Assembly (NCBI GenBank): GCA_013265495.1
Contig: MU061578.1
Coordinates: 4,723,308 to 4,787,307, forward strand
DNA from: Vicugna vicugna
Taxonomy: Eukaryota
Reading direction: 5' to 3'
DNA: 64,000 nucleotides
The position numbers were made by a program, and so were the translations under genes. Below the pieces are notes generated by a model, which searched no databases, was not told the origin of the DNA, and saw only the letters and a program-made list of their open reading frames with translations. Below, piece after piece: positions 52,560-64,000 of this stretch. Each line of letters starts with the position of its first letter. The first letter of the stretch is position 1.

Positions 52560-53180
52560 AGGTGCCCTGATACCGGTCCAGGCAGGAAACCGGCTCCAGC
52601 GCTCGGCGAGCCCGGCGTGCAGAAGGCCGGGGTTCCGGGTCGCTTACCTGCAGACGGGTCCGGCTCCACCAGCACCCGCTGGCTCGCGAAGCGCCGCGCG
52701 CCGTCCCCGCCACCGGCCACCGGCCGAGTCCCTCAGATTGCCGCGCCTCGGAGCAGAGCCCCTGCGAAGGGCCGCGCGAAGCCCATTAGCCCGCCGCCCC
52801 TGCCGGGTCCCAGCCCCCGGCCCAGATCCCACACCGGGGCCACGCACATGGGCAGAGGAGGATGCGCGTCAGGACGCGCATTGCTTCCGCCAGGGCCATC
52901 TTGACTGTTCCGGCCCCGGTCGGTCGCGGCGCCGGGGTGTGGCCTCACTGCTGGGGGAGGGCGGGGCCGGAGTCAGCCCGAGTCTGTCCACCCGTCCACC
53001 TGGATGCAAACCGTCCCCGCCCCCAGGAGGCCAAAGTGCCCGGCCCGAGTCTCAGGCTTCACTGAGCAGGGCCCTGGGGATGCGGGTGAAGGGTTGCCAG
53101 GCAGGGAGCCCGGGCAGAACAGACGCCGTGTTCCCCCTCCTCCCGCGGCGCAGCTTCCCATGTTGTCCACCGCCCAGGCA
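52560..53180. promoter_or_regulatory. CpG island over the ECI1 promoter and exons 1-2
   Basis: Dense CpG, GC boxes (52959-52967, ~53015), YY1-like CAAGATGGC overlapping the ATG. Confidence 0.8.
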
Positions 53181-54228
53181 ACGATCAAGTCACCTAGGCA
53201 GGAGACTGCTGAGACTGGGGGTGGCTGCTCATAAGTCACGGGGTGTTTGAGTCCCAGAGTCGTGAGCTGAGTTGGCATGGGGACTTTGAGGACCTGACCA
53301 GCTGCTTACCTGCACTCAGCTTTCATAGCTGAGGCAACCAGATCAAAATAGGCCCATTCTCAAACTCTGCCACCCTGCAGAGGCATGGGCATTGCAAAGG
53401 ATGCTAGAGGGGGTCCAGATGGGAGCCCAGACATCGCCGCCAAGTGTGACCTCCGCCTCACCTGACTGTGAGAAGAGGAATCACAGCTGGTAGTTTAGCC
53501 ATAGGCTTGGGGGGCAGCACAGCCTGGTGACTAAGAACAGACCATGCACCTTCCGTGTAAGAATAGCAAGTGAACAAAAGCCGGGCAGCACCCTCTTCAG
53601 CAAGGCTGAGGGCAGGAAGCACCTTCACACCACCAGTAGGAAGGACTGCAGTGTTCCTCCACAAGGAAGGGAAAAGTGACACCGTGTTTGTATCTGCTGG
53701 AAAGTGCATGAAGAAACACTACCTGCAGGCAGTGGGACGGATGGCAAGCCCGAGATGCCCAGTAGTCCACAGCGTATTTCTGACCATTGTGTTTGAACAC
53801 TGGACACAGGAAGGGCCAAGTACGACTGGTGGGTGATGGAGACTTGTTCTGTGACACCTTAAGTATTTTCAATTCTTCCTTGGGGAACAAACTACTTTTT
53901 GAAGTGGAAAATAGTTTTTCCATGGCCACCTAAGATAACGGAAGCAAATGAGATCCACATTTCTGGCAGGCAGAATCGGAAGTTCCTGGAAATTCAAAGG
54001 TGATAAAATACCTTTTTCTAAAGTGTGTCCATATAAGGAGCAACCCAACACTGAGGTACACTTCTGTTTTCCTGGTTGAAAGGTTCCGGAGGTGTGAGTT
54101 TGGAAATGAAACCAAAACATTTTTTAGGTAGCTGTGCTTTTAATTCTCACACACCTGAATCTATCTTTGGGGCCAAGAGACAGGAAGGTGGCAGTGAACC
54201 CAACACTCATCTGCACTGTAATCCTAGG

Positions 54229-54234
54229 TTTATT
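54229..54234 (-). terminator. Probable RNPS1 poly(A) signal
   Basis: TTTATT on +, ~800 nt past the stop, after a U-rich 3' UTR segment. Confidence 0.7.
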
Positions 54235-55032
54235 CAACACAATCCTTTTACTCTACACAACAAAGTACAAACACAACATTATCTAAAATGCTACAAAGTT
54301 ACAAAACTCAAAACAGAAAATTTATAGTACTGACTGTACAATAAAAGTCAAGAAAAGCAATGTACACATTGCCAAGGTAACCTGCAGGACCACCATGAAT
54401 ACCAGCACAACAGGGGGTTCCGTGATGACAATGCAGAGCTGGCTCTCAAGTTGCTCACCAATTTCAGAGAGAAAGGGAGACGTGGGATGTGTATGTGTAT
54501 TTGTGCACACGCATATGAGCACATGTAAAAAGAACCATTTTAGACAAATAATAGGGTATTTGATCCTCAGGGTCAGAAAAGACTCAAGCAGGGGAGCAGG
54601 GCCAGGCTAACAGGAACAGCAGCTGCAAAAGGTAGAGCCTTTCCTGGGGGAGCCTGCAGGCCAACAAATGAGGGCATCACCAGGCCACCAGGTTGTCCCC
54701 AGGACATGTGTGGAATGAAAAACACGATCCCAGGCTGGGGCTGTACCACCTGGAGCCCCCTGCTCATCCCTGCTGGCTCTGCCACCAAACTGACAACATG
54801 GGAGCTTTCTAGCCAGAAAACTGGAGGGCATCCACATAGGCACAATTCCAAGCCAACAACAATGCTGCAGCTGGAACTCCGCTGCCAGAGGAAACAACTC
54901 AACTGCTGCCTTTGCCTTCAAAGCCTGCCCAAGTGAGGGATTCCTTTCCTACTGATCACCTTTCAGCTAGAAAAGTGACAAAACTGAGTCGGATGGGTAT
55001 AAGTCACAGGGGCAGAGCTTCAGTGGCCCTGC

Positions 55033-58000
55033 TTATCGGGAGGAGTTGGAGCTGGAGCGGCTCCTGTGGCGGCGGCGGCCGGGGGAGCGGGATCGCCGGC
55101 GTACGGGGGACCTGCGCCGAGGGGAACGTGACCTGTAGGAAGAGGAGAGATCACATCAGACACGAAGCAAACGCCCCGGAAGCAGCTCTGTATCTCAGAC
55201 TACAGGGGTAAAGCTGCTTTCCCTCAGGAACGACTGTACACAGCTTCACACTTCAACACTTGAGCTAGGACAGCTCCATTTGGATGGCACTGATATGGAA
55301 CACTTGGGAAAGAAACATGTTCTGGAGAACAAAGGCACAACCCCAGGCTGTCTCCTGTTCTCTGAAGGCTGTGCAAAGTGCAACTCAACACCACTAGCAC
55401 AGGACAGCCAAACACGGCATGAGCTGAACCTCCTGCGGGTCCCCCAATCAGGCAGCTATCCTTCCTTCCCTTTTCCCAGCTGAAAAGGATGGGATGAGCT
55501 CCAAAGGCCACATGTACTGCTTCCCCATACACAGCATGAGGTATAGGGGGCGGGTGGGGCTAAAAAAAGGTCCCAAACTCATGGTTCTCACATTACGTTT
55601 CTAAATAAAATAAACAAAAACTGGTCCCAATTAGTCAGTCCCCTATGAGACCCCAAAATGACTCACCTTCTCCTCATCCGTGGGGGTGACCGGCGCCACA
55701 TGGGAGGTGGTGGTAGCATTCTCCTGGGAGGGCTGAATCGCCTGGGGGGTGGCCTAGGCCAGGGGGTCAGCACAGCAGTGGCAGTGATCTCCTGGCCATC
55801 GATTTGTCCTGTCAAAAAAAGGATAGTCACAAAATACCTAACAAACACTTACCCTGGGCTAGGCCCAATGTCAGACATGGTGAGCAAGACAGATGGGAGA
55901 CTAGGGGGAACAAGGACAAATTACAATTGTCACAGGAAGAACGTCACAATTACTTTTATTCGAGGTTTCATCAAAAAACTATGAGGGGGTATGGAACCTA
56001 ATGGGGGACTCTATCTTGATGTACTGGGATGGCCTCCCAGAGGAAGTGTCATCCTAAAGAACATGCTAGAGTTTGCTCTGTGAGGGAAAGGGTTGTGCCG
56101 CTCTGCCTTGAGCTGAAAGGTAGTGTCACACGTGAATTTTCTTAAGAACAGTGGGAAAGGGGCCCGCAAGAGGAGAGGGAGGACCTGTCGGGGGCTTTGG
56201 CAGGACTGATGGGGGTGAAACCAAGAACTCAAGGAATAACTGGAATGTACATTCACCAGAGCTAGGTGATAGATCAGGTGAGTGAGCCCAGGGCTTAGCT
56301 GAAGGATGATCAGCACCAAGTTTCTGGATAAACTATGATTTCCTGAGGTGGGGCCTGAGAGGAGGAAGTGACTTCTAGCATGGGGGAACAAAATGAAACA
56401 AGATGTCAAAGCTGTCTTGAGAGTTTGAAACAAGTGCCTCAGGGAGGTGAGTCTGTGTGCAGCCAGTACTAAAATCACATGCATGAATGAAACTGCAGAA
56501 CAGCGAGGGGAGGCAGCTCAGCACGGAGGCCCAAGGAGCCTGCAGGGTCTCAGGGAGAGAAAGAGCAAAGGAAACTAAGGCAGGGACCCAAGAATCCTAG
56601 CGGAGTGTGCACTTTGACCTTAGTCCAGGGAATGCTCAGGGGACCAAGCACAACCCTTGTGTGCTCCCAAAGGGTGGAGAGATCCTTTATCTTCTCAGCT
56701 CCTACTTTCAAGGAAACTTCAAAGGTACTGAAGAGGTAACTCAGGAATCTGGGTCTATTTTCGGAACATACTCAAAAAGGCTTAACTGAAGTAAATACAG
56801 TCCAAGGTGGCCCCCCGCCCATGGCCAAAAGTCAGTCCAAATTAGGAATTTCATGGGCACTGACAATGTAACAATGAAGACAAAGCCATCCTCTGGGCAG
56901 CTGCCAGCAAAGGCCAGGTCCTTCTACTTTCTTTCTGGAGACAGCATGGAACTGTCCTATTCAGTGGTGCACAGCACAATACGGGGAAACACAAAACAAA
57001 AAAAGTCCTACCAGAATCTTTAGACAACATGGAATATTTATAATCCCACAAATTCTGAATATGCCCAAGTCTCCTGAATCTTTAGCAAGTGCTCAGACTG
57101 TCAAATACATAATGACCAACAGTCTCTAAAACAAAGGTGTGACTCACAAGGCCAAGACCTGATATGTGCAGAGATGCATCACAGTTTATGCTGAACTCCT
57201 GAAACACTCCAGAGGGATTTAAGTAGACTGAATTAAGGTTAGCAGCTAAGAATCAAGGAAAATTTCCTAGCATATAAATTCTACCAGGGTTCAAGGGCAA
57301 TTATCCAAAAAACAAAAAACAAACAACCGCCCCCCCCCAAAACTGTCAAACTATTTACTGAGTGTATAACAAGGCCTTAAAACTATTCACAAGTGTTCAA
57401 ATGTTGTTAAAACCATTTTGCCCAATACAAAGTAGCTATAAATGTCATACAGTTAAGATACAAGATTTTGGGAAATGGGTAAAATCTGTGAATTCAGTAA
57501 AATTCTCCTAAAAATGCTGCAATGTTAGCAGAACAGAAAATGACTGAATTAAAGAAAACATTCCCATATAAAAGCCATGCTTCACCATAATCTATTCTTT
57601 ATATTAAAAAAACCCATTCATTTGATCCTTAAGCTTTTAGCAGATTGAAATATTCTTAAAGTGCTAATATATTCATATCTGATGATTTTTTTTTAAAGAA
57701 TAGTACTCCATAAAACATGTTTTTGGTAAACACACACCCACTGAGCAAGAACTGGAATCCTGAAAGAGCTCCAGGGAGATTCTTGCTTGCAGCCAGGTTG
57801 GAAATTGGTTCTAATCTCACGATATGTAGTGGGCAGCTAGTCTTGGACAGTGGACAAGGGAGGTCAGCAGTGCTGGCAGGGTTTACTCACCTCCGTCCAT
57901 ATGCTTCAGCGCCTTCTCAGCCTCATCTGGATTCTCAAACTCTACATATGCATAGCCTTTAGATAGATGGGGGTGCATCCTTTCTACAGGCATGTCAATC

Positions 58001-60045
58001 ATTTTAATTTTCCCATAGGTGGAGAATATCTCCATGATGTGATCCTAGGGAGAAAGAAGGGTCACTCTTAATGCTCACCCATCAACGACTTATGTAGGAG
58101 GTAGAATTCACCACATAATGTCTACCACCCTGGCATTTGGCAGTAAATCTCCTAAATACACATATACAACACTTTCCATTAAAAGGAAGTAACCCATGCT
58201 CTGCTAGAAACACACACCATCAACTCAGCCCTTCGAAATGCTACTTTCTAAGTTCACCTTCTGGCAGAGGCCTGTTTCTCTAGTATTCCACTGCAAAAAT
58301 TTGCAAAAAGAGACACATCCCACTGTCCACCAGACAGAAACAAGATTCCTCACCTTGGTCACATTCCTGGTGAGCCTCCCAATGTGCACTTTGGTGGGTT
58401 TAGGGGAAGGACTCCGCCTTTTCCTTTCCTTTTCATCTCTTTTGGGTGGTTTGGATCTGATTAAAAAAAAAAACACCAGAAACAATCTGTCAAGTCAAAA
58501 ATTTTTAGGTGGGGGATATTAACCACTAGTATGACAGTTTTTCATAAGGAAGCTTTTCCTACCAGTTCACATATATTATTCATCTCAGAAATCCTATTAA
58601 GATAAAAAGACTCCTTTTTGAGTCTTTTATAACAACTAAGGTAACTTTAAAGCCCCTAGTTTGTTAAGTTTAGGTCCCTAGATAATTCTCAAGTCTTGGG
58701 AGGAGATCCCCCCAAACCAACCACTCCTGGGCAAGAAGTCGTGCGGGGAAGGAGCTCACTTGGAGCGGGACCGCCGCCTATTGTCGTGTCTGCGCCGAGA
58801 AGGACTCGGAGAGCCAGAGGAGCTGCTGGAGCTGGAGCTGCGGGATGTACTGGAACTTCCTGAGCGGCTTGATGCCGAAGATGAGCTAGAGCCACTGCTT
58901 GAGCCTGTGCTGGTGCTGGAGCCCGAGCTGGAGGTAGAGCTGGACCGAGACCTGAGGGGAGAGATGCAGGAGGTCATGGACAACAGTCATGGGAGCAGCA
59001 CTGCTTCACAGCACAGATAGGCCAGCAGGTGCTCCCAAGAGGAAACCGCTGCCCTTGTATTTTCAAGCCTCACTGCTTTCCCCAGCGGGGAGAACATTTA
59101 CATCCCCCAATCCCCACCCTAAGCCAAAGCCCTAGGTAAGGACATAAGATAGCATTTGTATTGTGCAGTAACAGGAAAGGAAGAATGAGCTGCTTCCTTC
59201 TTATACAGAAGCCTTGCCTACTGAGAGGTAAAGAAGGAGCCTGACAAATCAGAACCACCAACTCTGCTTGGAAGGCAGCTACTTGACTGAACCAGGCTCA
59301 ACTGAAGGAAAAGGGAGCTCGAGCCTAGGGCAATCCAATGACAAGTCCAAATAAAAAGCACTTGAGAGAAAAACATCCCAGGGAGTCCCACTCCTCAACA
59401 TCTCTAGAAAAGAAAAAAACCCCAACACCATCTTCTATATAGAATCAGAGCAAACCCCAAACCAGTTTGCCATAAATTAGAGTCTCTCTTAATAATCTGA
59501 GTATGTTTTCTTTGTAAATACTTAAGACATAGCAGGTGTGGAAGTGAGGCCCCTGTAGTGCTCTAACCCATCAGCCCCACCTGGTGCTGCTGCTACCACT
59601 GGAAGCACTGCGCCTCTTTCGAGTTTTGTCCCTGCCACGATCCTTCTCGCTTGACTCCTTGGTGGCTCCTTTATCTTTAGAGCGATCCTTGGACTTCTCA
59701 TCAGAGCGGTCTTTGCGCTTGGTAGGAGAAGGAGCCCTGGATAGTGAGGAAGAGTGTGAGATAGATGCCTCTTTGACTGGACCCTGAAACAATAGCAAAC
59801 CCAAAGGGGGATCCAAAGGGCTACAGAAATCCCAGGCAATCACAGAGCAAAATGATCTGTGGCTTAGGACACTTTCACTGTAAAATTCAAGACAATTCCA
59901 ATCTTCCCCTTTCTGAGGGTCCTAGTAATGAACACCCCCAAAGTAGCACTAGAAAAATCTGACAGAAGGATTACCTAGTGCTGGACTTTTTATTATTTTC
60001 TTTGACTCCTAGCAAGCTCTTCTTTTTCACTCCTGATAAATCCAT
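55033..60045 (-). CDS. RNPS1: RNA-binding protein with serine-rich domain 1 (EJC/ASAP component), 305 aa, intact
   Basis: Coding exons 59975-60045, 59581-59736, 58760-58951, 58354-58456, 57891-58044, 55667-55808, 55033-55132 total 918 nt; MDLSGVKKKSLLGVKENNKKSSTRAPSPTK, Ser-rich domain, RRM (KVHIGRLTRNVTKDHIMEIF...KGYAYVEF), RS/P tail. Exon 2 begins at 60162; exon 1 ends at 63123. Confidence 0.97.
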
Positions 60046-62559
60046 TCTCCCCTTCTGAGGTGTTCAAAGCAGCAATGGCGGCCTCACTTATCTGAACTCT
60101 CACTTCTAACTTGAGTCTGAGAAACGATCCCTAATCGATTGCAATTTACGCCAAAGTGCAGCCTAATAACAAGATAAAAGGATTTACAGAGTAAACGAAT
60201 TGGCAAGGCAACAAATCCACTTTGCAGTCAAAAGCTCAGCACAAAAGGCAGCAAGGAACACAGTAAGCAGCAAGCACCCACAAAGCTGGGAACATGCAGG
60301 GGACCATCACCATTTCCTCAGGGAAGATCTCACCCCCATAGAAGGCACAGGTAGAACTGTCATCTCGGCTAGTCTTTTTCTTAAGGAAACAGTGGTGATG
60401 CCCATCACTGTTAATTTACAGGTGGTTCAATACCTGTTTTTTCACTCATCAGTTGGATGATGAGCCCTCTACAGCCCTTTAGAAATACTACAGCACCGCA
60501 TTTACATGCAGAACAGAGAAAAACCTAACTGATAGGATTACCAACAGCATTAGATCTCTCGTTTCATTGCTGTAATTTCTTTGTAGGATACATTGGATAT
60601 ATGATATGACTGGAAGCAAAAACCATTTCAAAAGTGACTGGTACCAGCGTCAAAACATTTAATACCCAAATACAAACAAATAAAACGTCCTCTATGAACA
60701 TTAAAATAGTAATAAAAATAACACATTAGTAACTAGCCATTGTAAACACTGAACTTTAATGATATGCACATGGAAGTACTATGGGGAAGTATGCCAAAGC
60801 CTGCAATTTACTTTGAAATGCAGTAAGATTGATGGGTGGCTAGATATAAAGCAAATATGAGATGTAACTTGTAGAATCTAGGAGGTGGTTACGTGGATAT
60901 TCAACGCACAATTTTTCCCCAACTTTTCTGTACATTCAGATTTTTTCAAAAATAATTTTTTTTAGGAAGAAGTAAACACTGAAATTGGATGAGTTATGGC
61001 ATGTTAAGGGTTTAGCTAAGTGCCTGAACTGCAATATGTGCTCGGTAAATGGTCATTAGTAAATACTACTCAAGAACAAATTATTAATTCATTATGTGCC
61101 TGTTCCCTGGGGACCGCTCCCTTTAATATCTCCAGTAAGGTTTTGTACAATTTGCTTGAGCAAAGAGCTCAGGATGTTAGCCTCGAGTACTACTATTCCA
61201 CCTTCCTCAACAGCCTATAAATAACCTGAACACAGAACATCAATTGGGATCTTGTTTATACATGTGTAGTGGTGCCAAAATGCTGAATAAACATTCTGAC
61301 TCAAGAAAGAGCATCCAGCTGTGGACAATCAAATGAGAGTGCAGAACAGAGTATCACCTTTGTGGCTCTTTTCCAGGACCATAAAATCTTTTAAGACGTT
61401 TTATTTTAAAGCAGTAAGGTATAAATACTGAGCAGGCAACAGTAAATAAGGTTGGTGTCCCTGGACAATCAGTGAGTATGATTCAGTGGTTAAGAGTCTG
61501 GAGTCAGCCTGCCTGGGTTTGACTCAAAGCTCTGTTGTGTGATCTTGGAAAAATCACTTAACCTTTCTGAGCCTCTATTTGTCATTAGCATTATGGTGAC
61601 ACATACAGTTCCTACAATTCATAGTTAACAACACTAATCAAATTAACCCATAAAAGAGATTTAACACCTAGTTAAGGCTCAATAAACGCTAGCTAATATT
61701 AGAAGAAAGGCTTTGGAGGTTCTTTTCCCACATAATCTCTCGACTGTAAGGTTACACACCATCTCTGAATGCTCAACAAGGGTCCCTGGACCGCCCCCAT
61801 TAGGATCACCAAGAGCAGTACTGTCCAATAGAGAGCAAGCTACAAGTGTACCCCCAAATTTTCAAAGAGCCACATTACAAAAGCTATACGTTAAAGACTG
61901 AAGATAACTTTCAGTAAAGTATTTGACACGGTATACCCCAAATACTACCTTTTCACCAATCAGTATACACATTTATTCATAAAATTCACACAAACCCCCA
62001 CCACTAAGTTTTTAAACACTTCAGTTGGGGCTAGGTATATTTCAAGTGTTCAACAGCCATGTGTGGCAAATGGCTACCTTACTGACTCAATGAACAGTTG
62101 AACTAGAGTGTAGATTCCTGGGCCCCATTCAGGTCCTAAAGATCTGCCCGGATGCAGATCTTTGTGAAACTTTGTAAAAACAAGCACCACCGGTGATTCT
62201 TAAAATCCTAAAAATTAAGACGCTTTGCTGGGTGGGGCCTGAGTAGTAGAAAGCAAAGGTTGAAGTTCTCTGTTTACATAAGTTCAGGTAACAGCACAGG
62301 ACCTTGGTTACCTCCCCCGTCCTCCGGAAAGGTGCGCGTCCAACAGCCAGAGAGAGAGAACAATTAGTTAAGTTTCGAGTAGATGGCGTTTCAGGTCACA
62401 TCTTCAGAGCACCTTCCCCATTTAAAAGGACATTTCAGGTACAATTCATGTGAAATAACAAAATAGAAAAGCCATGTCTCTCCTCCAATGGTTTTAACCT
62501 TCCCGTATCCTCCCTTCTGGGTTAAACGGCCGAACTGAGCTCCAAGACATTAGCGGGTG

Positions 62560-63780
62560 TATCCCCAAGGATATGAGAACAGCCCTCAGGAGCCCGGCAA
62601 ACTTTCCTGGGGGCGATGTTTGAGTTAATGAATTCGAAGGGAGGATCCAGGGCATCCTATAAAGCAACTCCACACCCACCGGCACCGGCCCTGCACGCGA
62701 CCTCGCCGCCCCCCATCCGCGTTCACTCACAACTCCCCAGTCCAGGCGCCAGGCCACGAGCACTTCCAGGGCAGCGCCCGGCGATGCGGGCCTGGGTCTC
62801 CAGCCCGACGAGAGGGCCCTGAGGACAGAGGCCAGGGTCCCGGCTGCTCCGGATCCCGCGGGCCTCACTGGGCCCGCCGCAGAGCGGACGAAGCGAGGGC
62901 ACCCTTCCGCCCGCCGCAGCCTCGACCACTTCCGGGCCGCGGCCTCGGCGCCTCCCACTCAGCCCGCCCCGGGCCACACTCTTTCTTCTCAGCCACTGCG
63001 CTGCGCCGCCAGGCTGCCGTTGCCACCGCGGGACCGGGAGACGGGCGGGCTCCACGATGCGCCCAGCCAAGCCTAGTGGGTGGCTCCCGAAGCTCGGATG
63101 GGGTCGGATTCCCACAACTTACATCTTCCCGCCGCCGCGACCTCGTCCCGCTCTCCTCAGCCGCTGAGGCTGGCGCCGCTCTGTCGTCAGGATTAGGGAG
63201 CGGGAAGGCGCCGTCGTCCGGCGCGCAGCGATGACGTAGACCGCCTTAGCCAATGGGCGCGAGCGAAGGGAGTGTTAAAGGGCCAGGGCCGTTTGTGGCA
63301 AACAGCGTCGGGGTGCTTACTCTGTCTCCCTCTCTGGAGGGATGTCTGGGGCTGCCTCAGGCTGGCTGCGCCCCTCGTGGGGCCGGAAAATTGGCAGCTT
63401 GCTGGGGCTGGGAGGGCTGCGCCATGTGGGAAGCTTGAGGGCTAGTTCGGAGAATGTTAACGAGGTCGCGACCCCGCCCCTGGGTTTGCGCACGCGCACT
63501 GGGTTAGCGGCGCGCCTGGCGGCATCCCAGGGCTCTGTGGTCGAGACCCAATAGCTTCGCGCCCAGCGCGGCTGGGCCGCGGGGCAGTGGGGATGCTGGA
63601 GCGTTTGCGGGCGCTGCGGCCTCTTGCGGCCGGCCATGGGGACCTGCAGGGTAGAGGCGACTCAGAGGGCCAGGCCGTTGCGGGGATGGGTTCATGCGGT
63701 TAAAAACCATTGGTGGTGTGAAGGGTGACCGCGTAGACGCAGCTTCTGCGCCAGCCGATCTTGGCTGGGGGGGAGAAGAC
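62560..63780. promoter_or_regulatory. RNPS1 CpG-island promoter and exon 1 (donor GAAGAT|GTAAGT at 63123/63122)
   Basis: High CpG density, CRE-like TGACGTAG at ~63232, CCAAT at ~63250, strong donor on the minus strand. Confidence 0.85.
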
Positions 63781-64000
63781 AGTGGGCAGTGCAACCAGAA
63801 CGAAAGGGCAGCAAAAGGCAGATAGAAGACAAGGTGCAGATGGGGAGGCGCTTCTGAGGAGATGACACTGCAGCTATGACTCGAGTGGAAGGGCGCACTC
63901 GGCAGTGAGAAAGAACAGCAGGTACAAAGATGTGGAGGCTCTCTGGAAGAAGCGAAGGGAGGCCGGTGTGGTCAGTGCGGCACCTTGAAGGCCGGGGCTC

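Larger units (their letters stand above)
46629..52899 (-). pseudogene. ECI1: Enoyl-CoA delta isomerase 1 (mitochondrial), inactivated in place (unitary pseudogene candidate)
   Basis: Seven recognisable exons: 52848-52899, 52648-52761, 50569-50696, 50027-50171, 49056-49176, 48779-48956, 46629-46795. Lesions: TGA at 52733-52735; intron 3 donor reads AT (50567-50568); -2 nt at ~50063; -1 nt at ~49149; GLNE changed to GLNV at 49085-49087; -1 nt at ~48841. Confidence 0.92.

Noticed and set aside
52411..53250. 279-aa plus-strand ORF antisense to ECI1 exons 1-2
   Set aside because: GC-rich, stop-poor sequence with no recognisable domain and a non-ATG start.

Overview
Mammalian genomic DNA, syntenic with the human 16p13.3 block. 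The tRNA-derived SINEs resemble camelid Vic-1-type elements, so the species is probably a camelid (inference). Gene order: CASKIN1 (-, first 15 coding exons, truncated by the window start), MLST8 (+), BRICD5 (-), PGP (-), E4F1 (+), DNASE1L2 (+), ECI1 (-), RNPS1 (-). I reconstructed the exons by hand from splice sites and remembered orthologue sequences. Seven genes splice into intact reading frames. ECI1 (mitochondrial enoyl-CoA delta isomerase) does not. It carries a nonsense codon, a destroyed splice donor, three frameshifts and a Val in place of the catalytic Glu, so it looks like a unitary pseudogene that has kept its CpG-island promoter. Other points of interest: (1) a ~250-bp polyadenylated, TSD-flanked retroposon apparently derived from an ERV LTR R region, in the ECI1 3' UTR; (2) an RNPS1 start codon formed across the exon 1 splice junction, which makes exon 2 a candidate uORF/poison switch; (3) a U12-type intron in MLST8; (4) two GC-AG introns in CASKIN1; (5) an MLST8 poly(A) signal encoded by BRICD5 codons. 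No prokaryotic-type systems, CRISPR arrays, or true tRNA or rRNA genes were seen. Repeat family names and orthologue comparisons are from memory, not from database searches.
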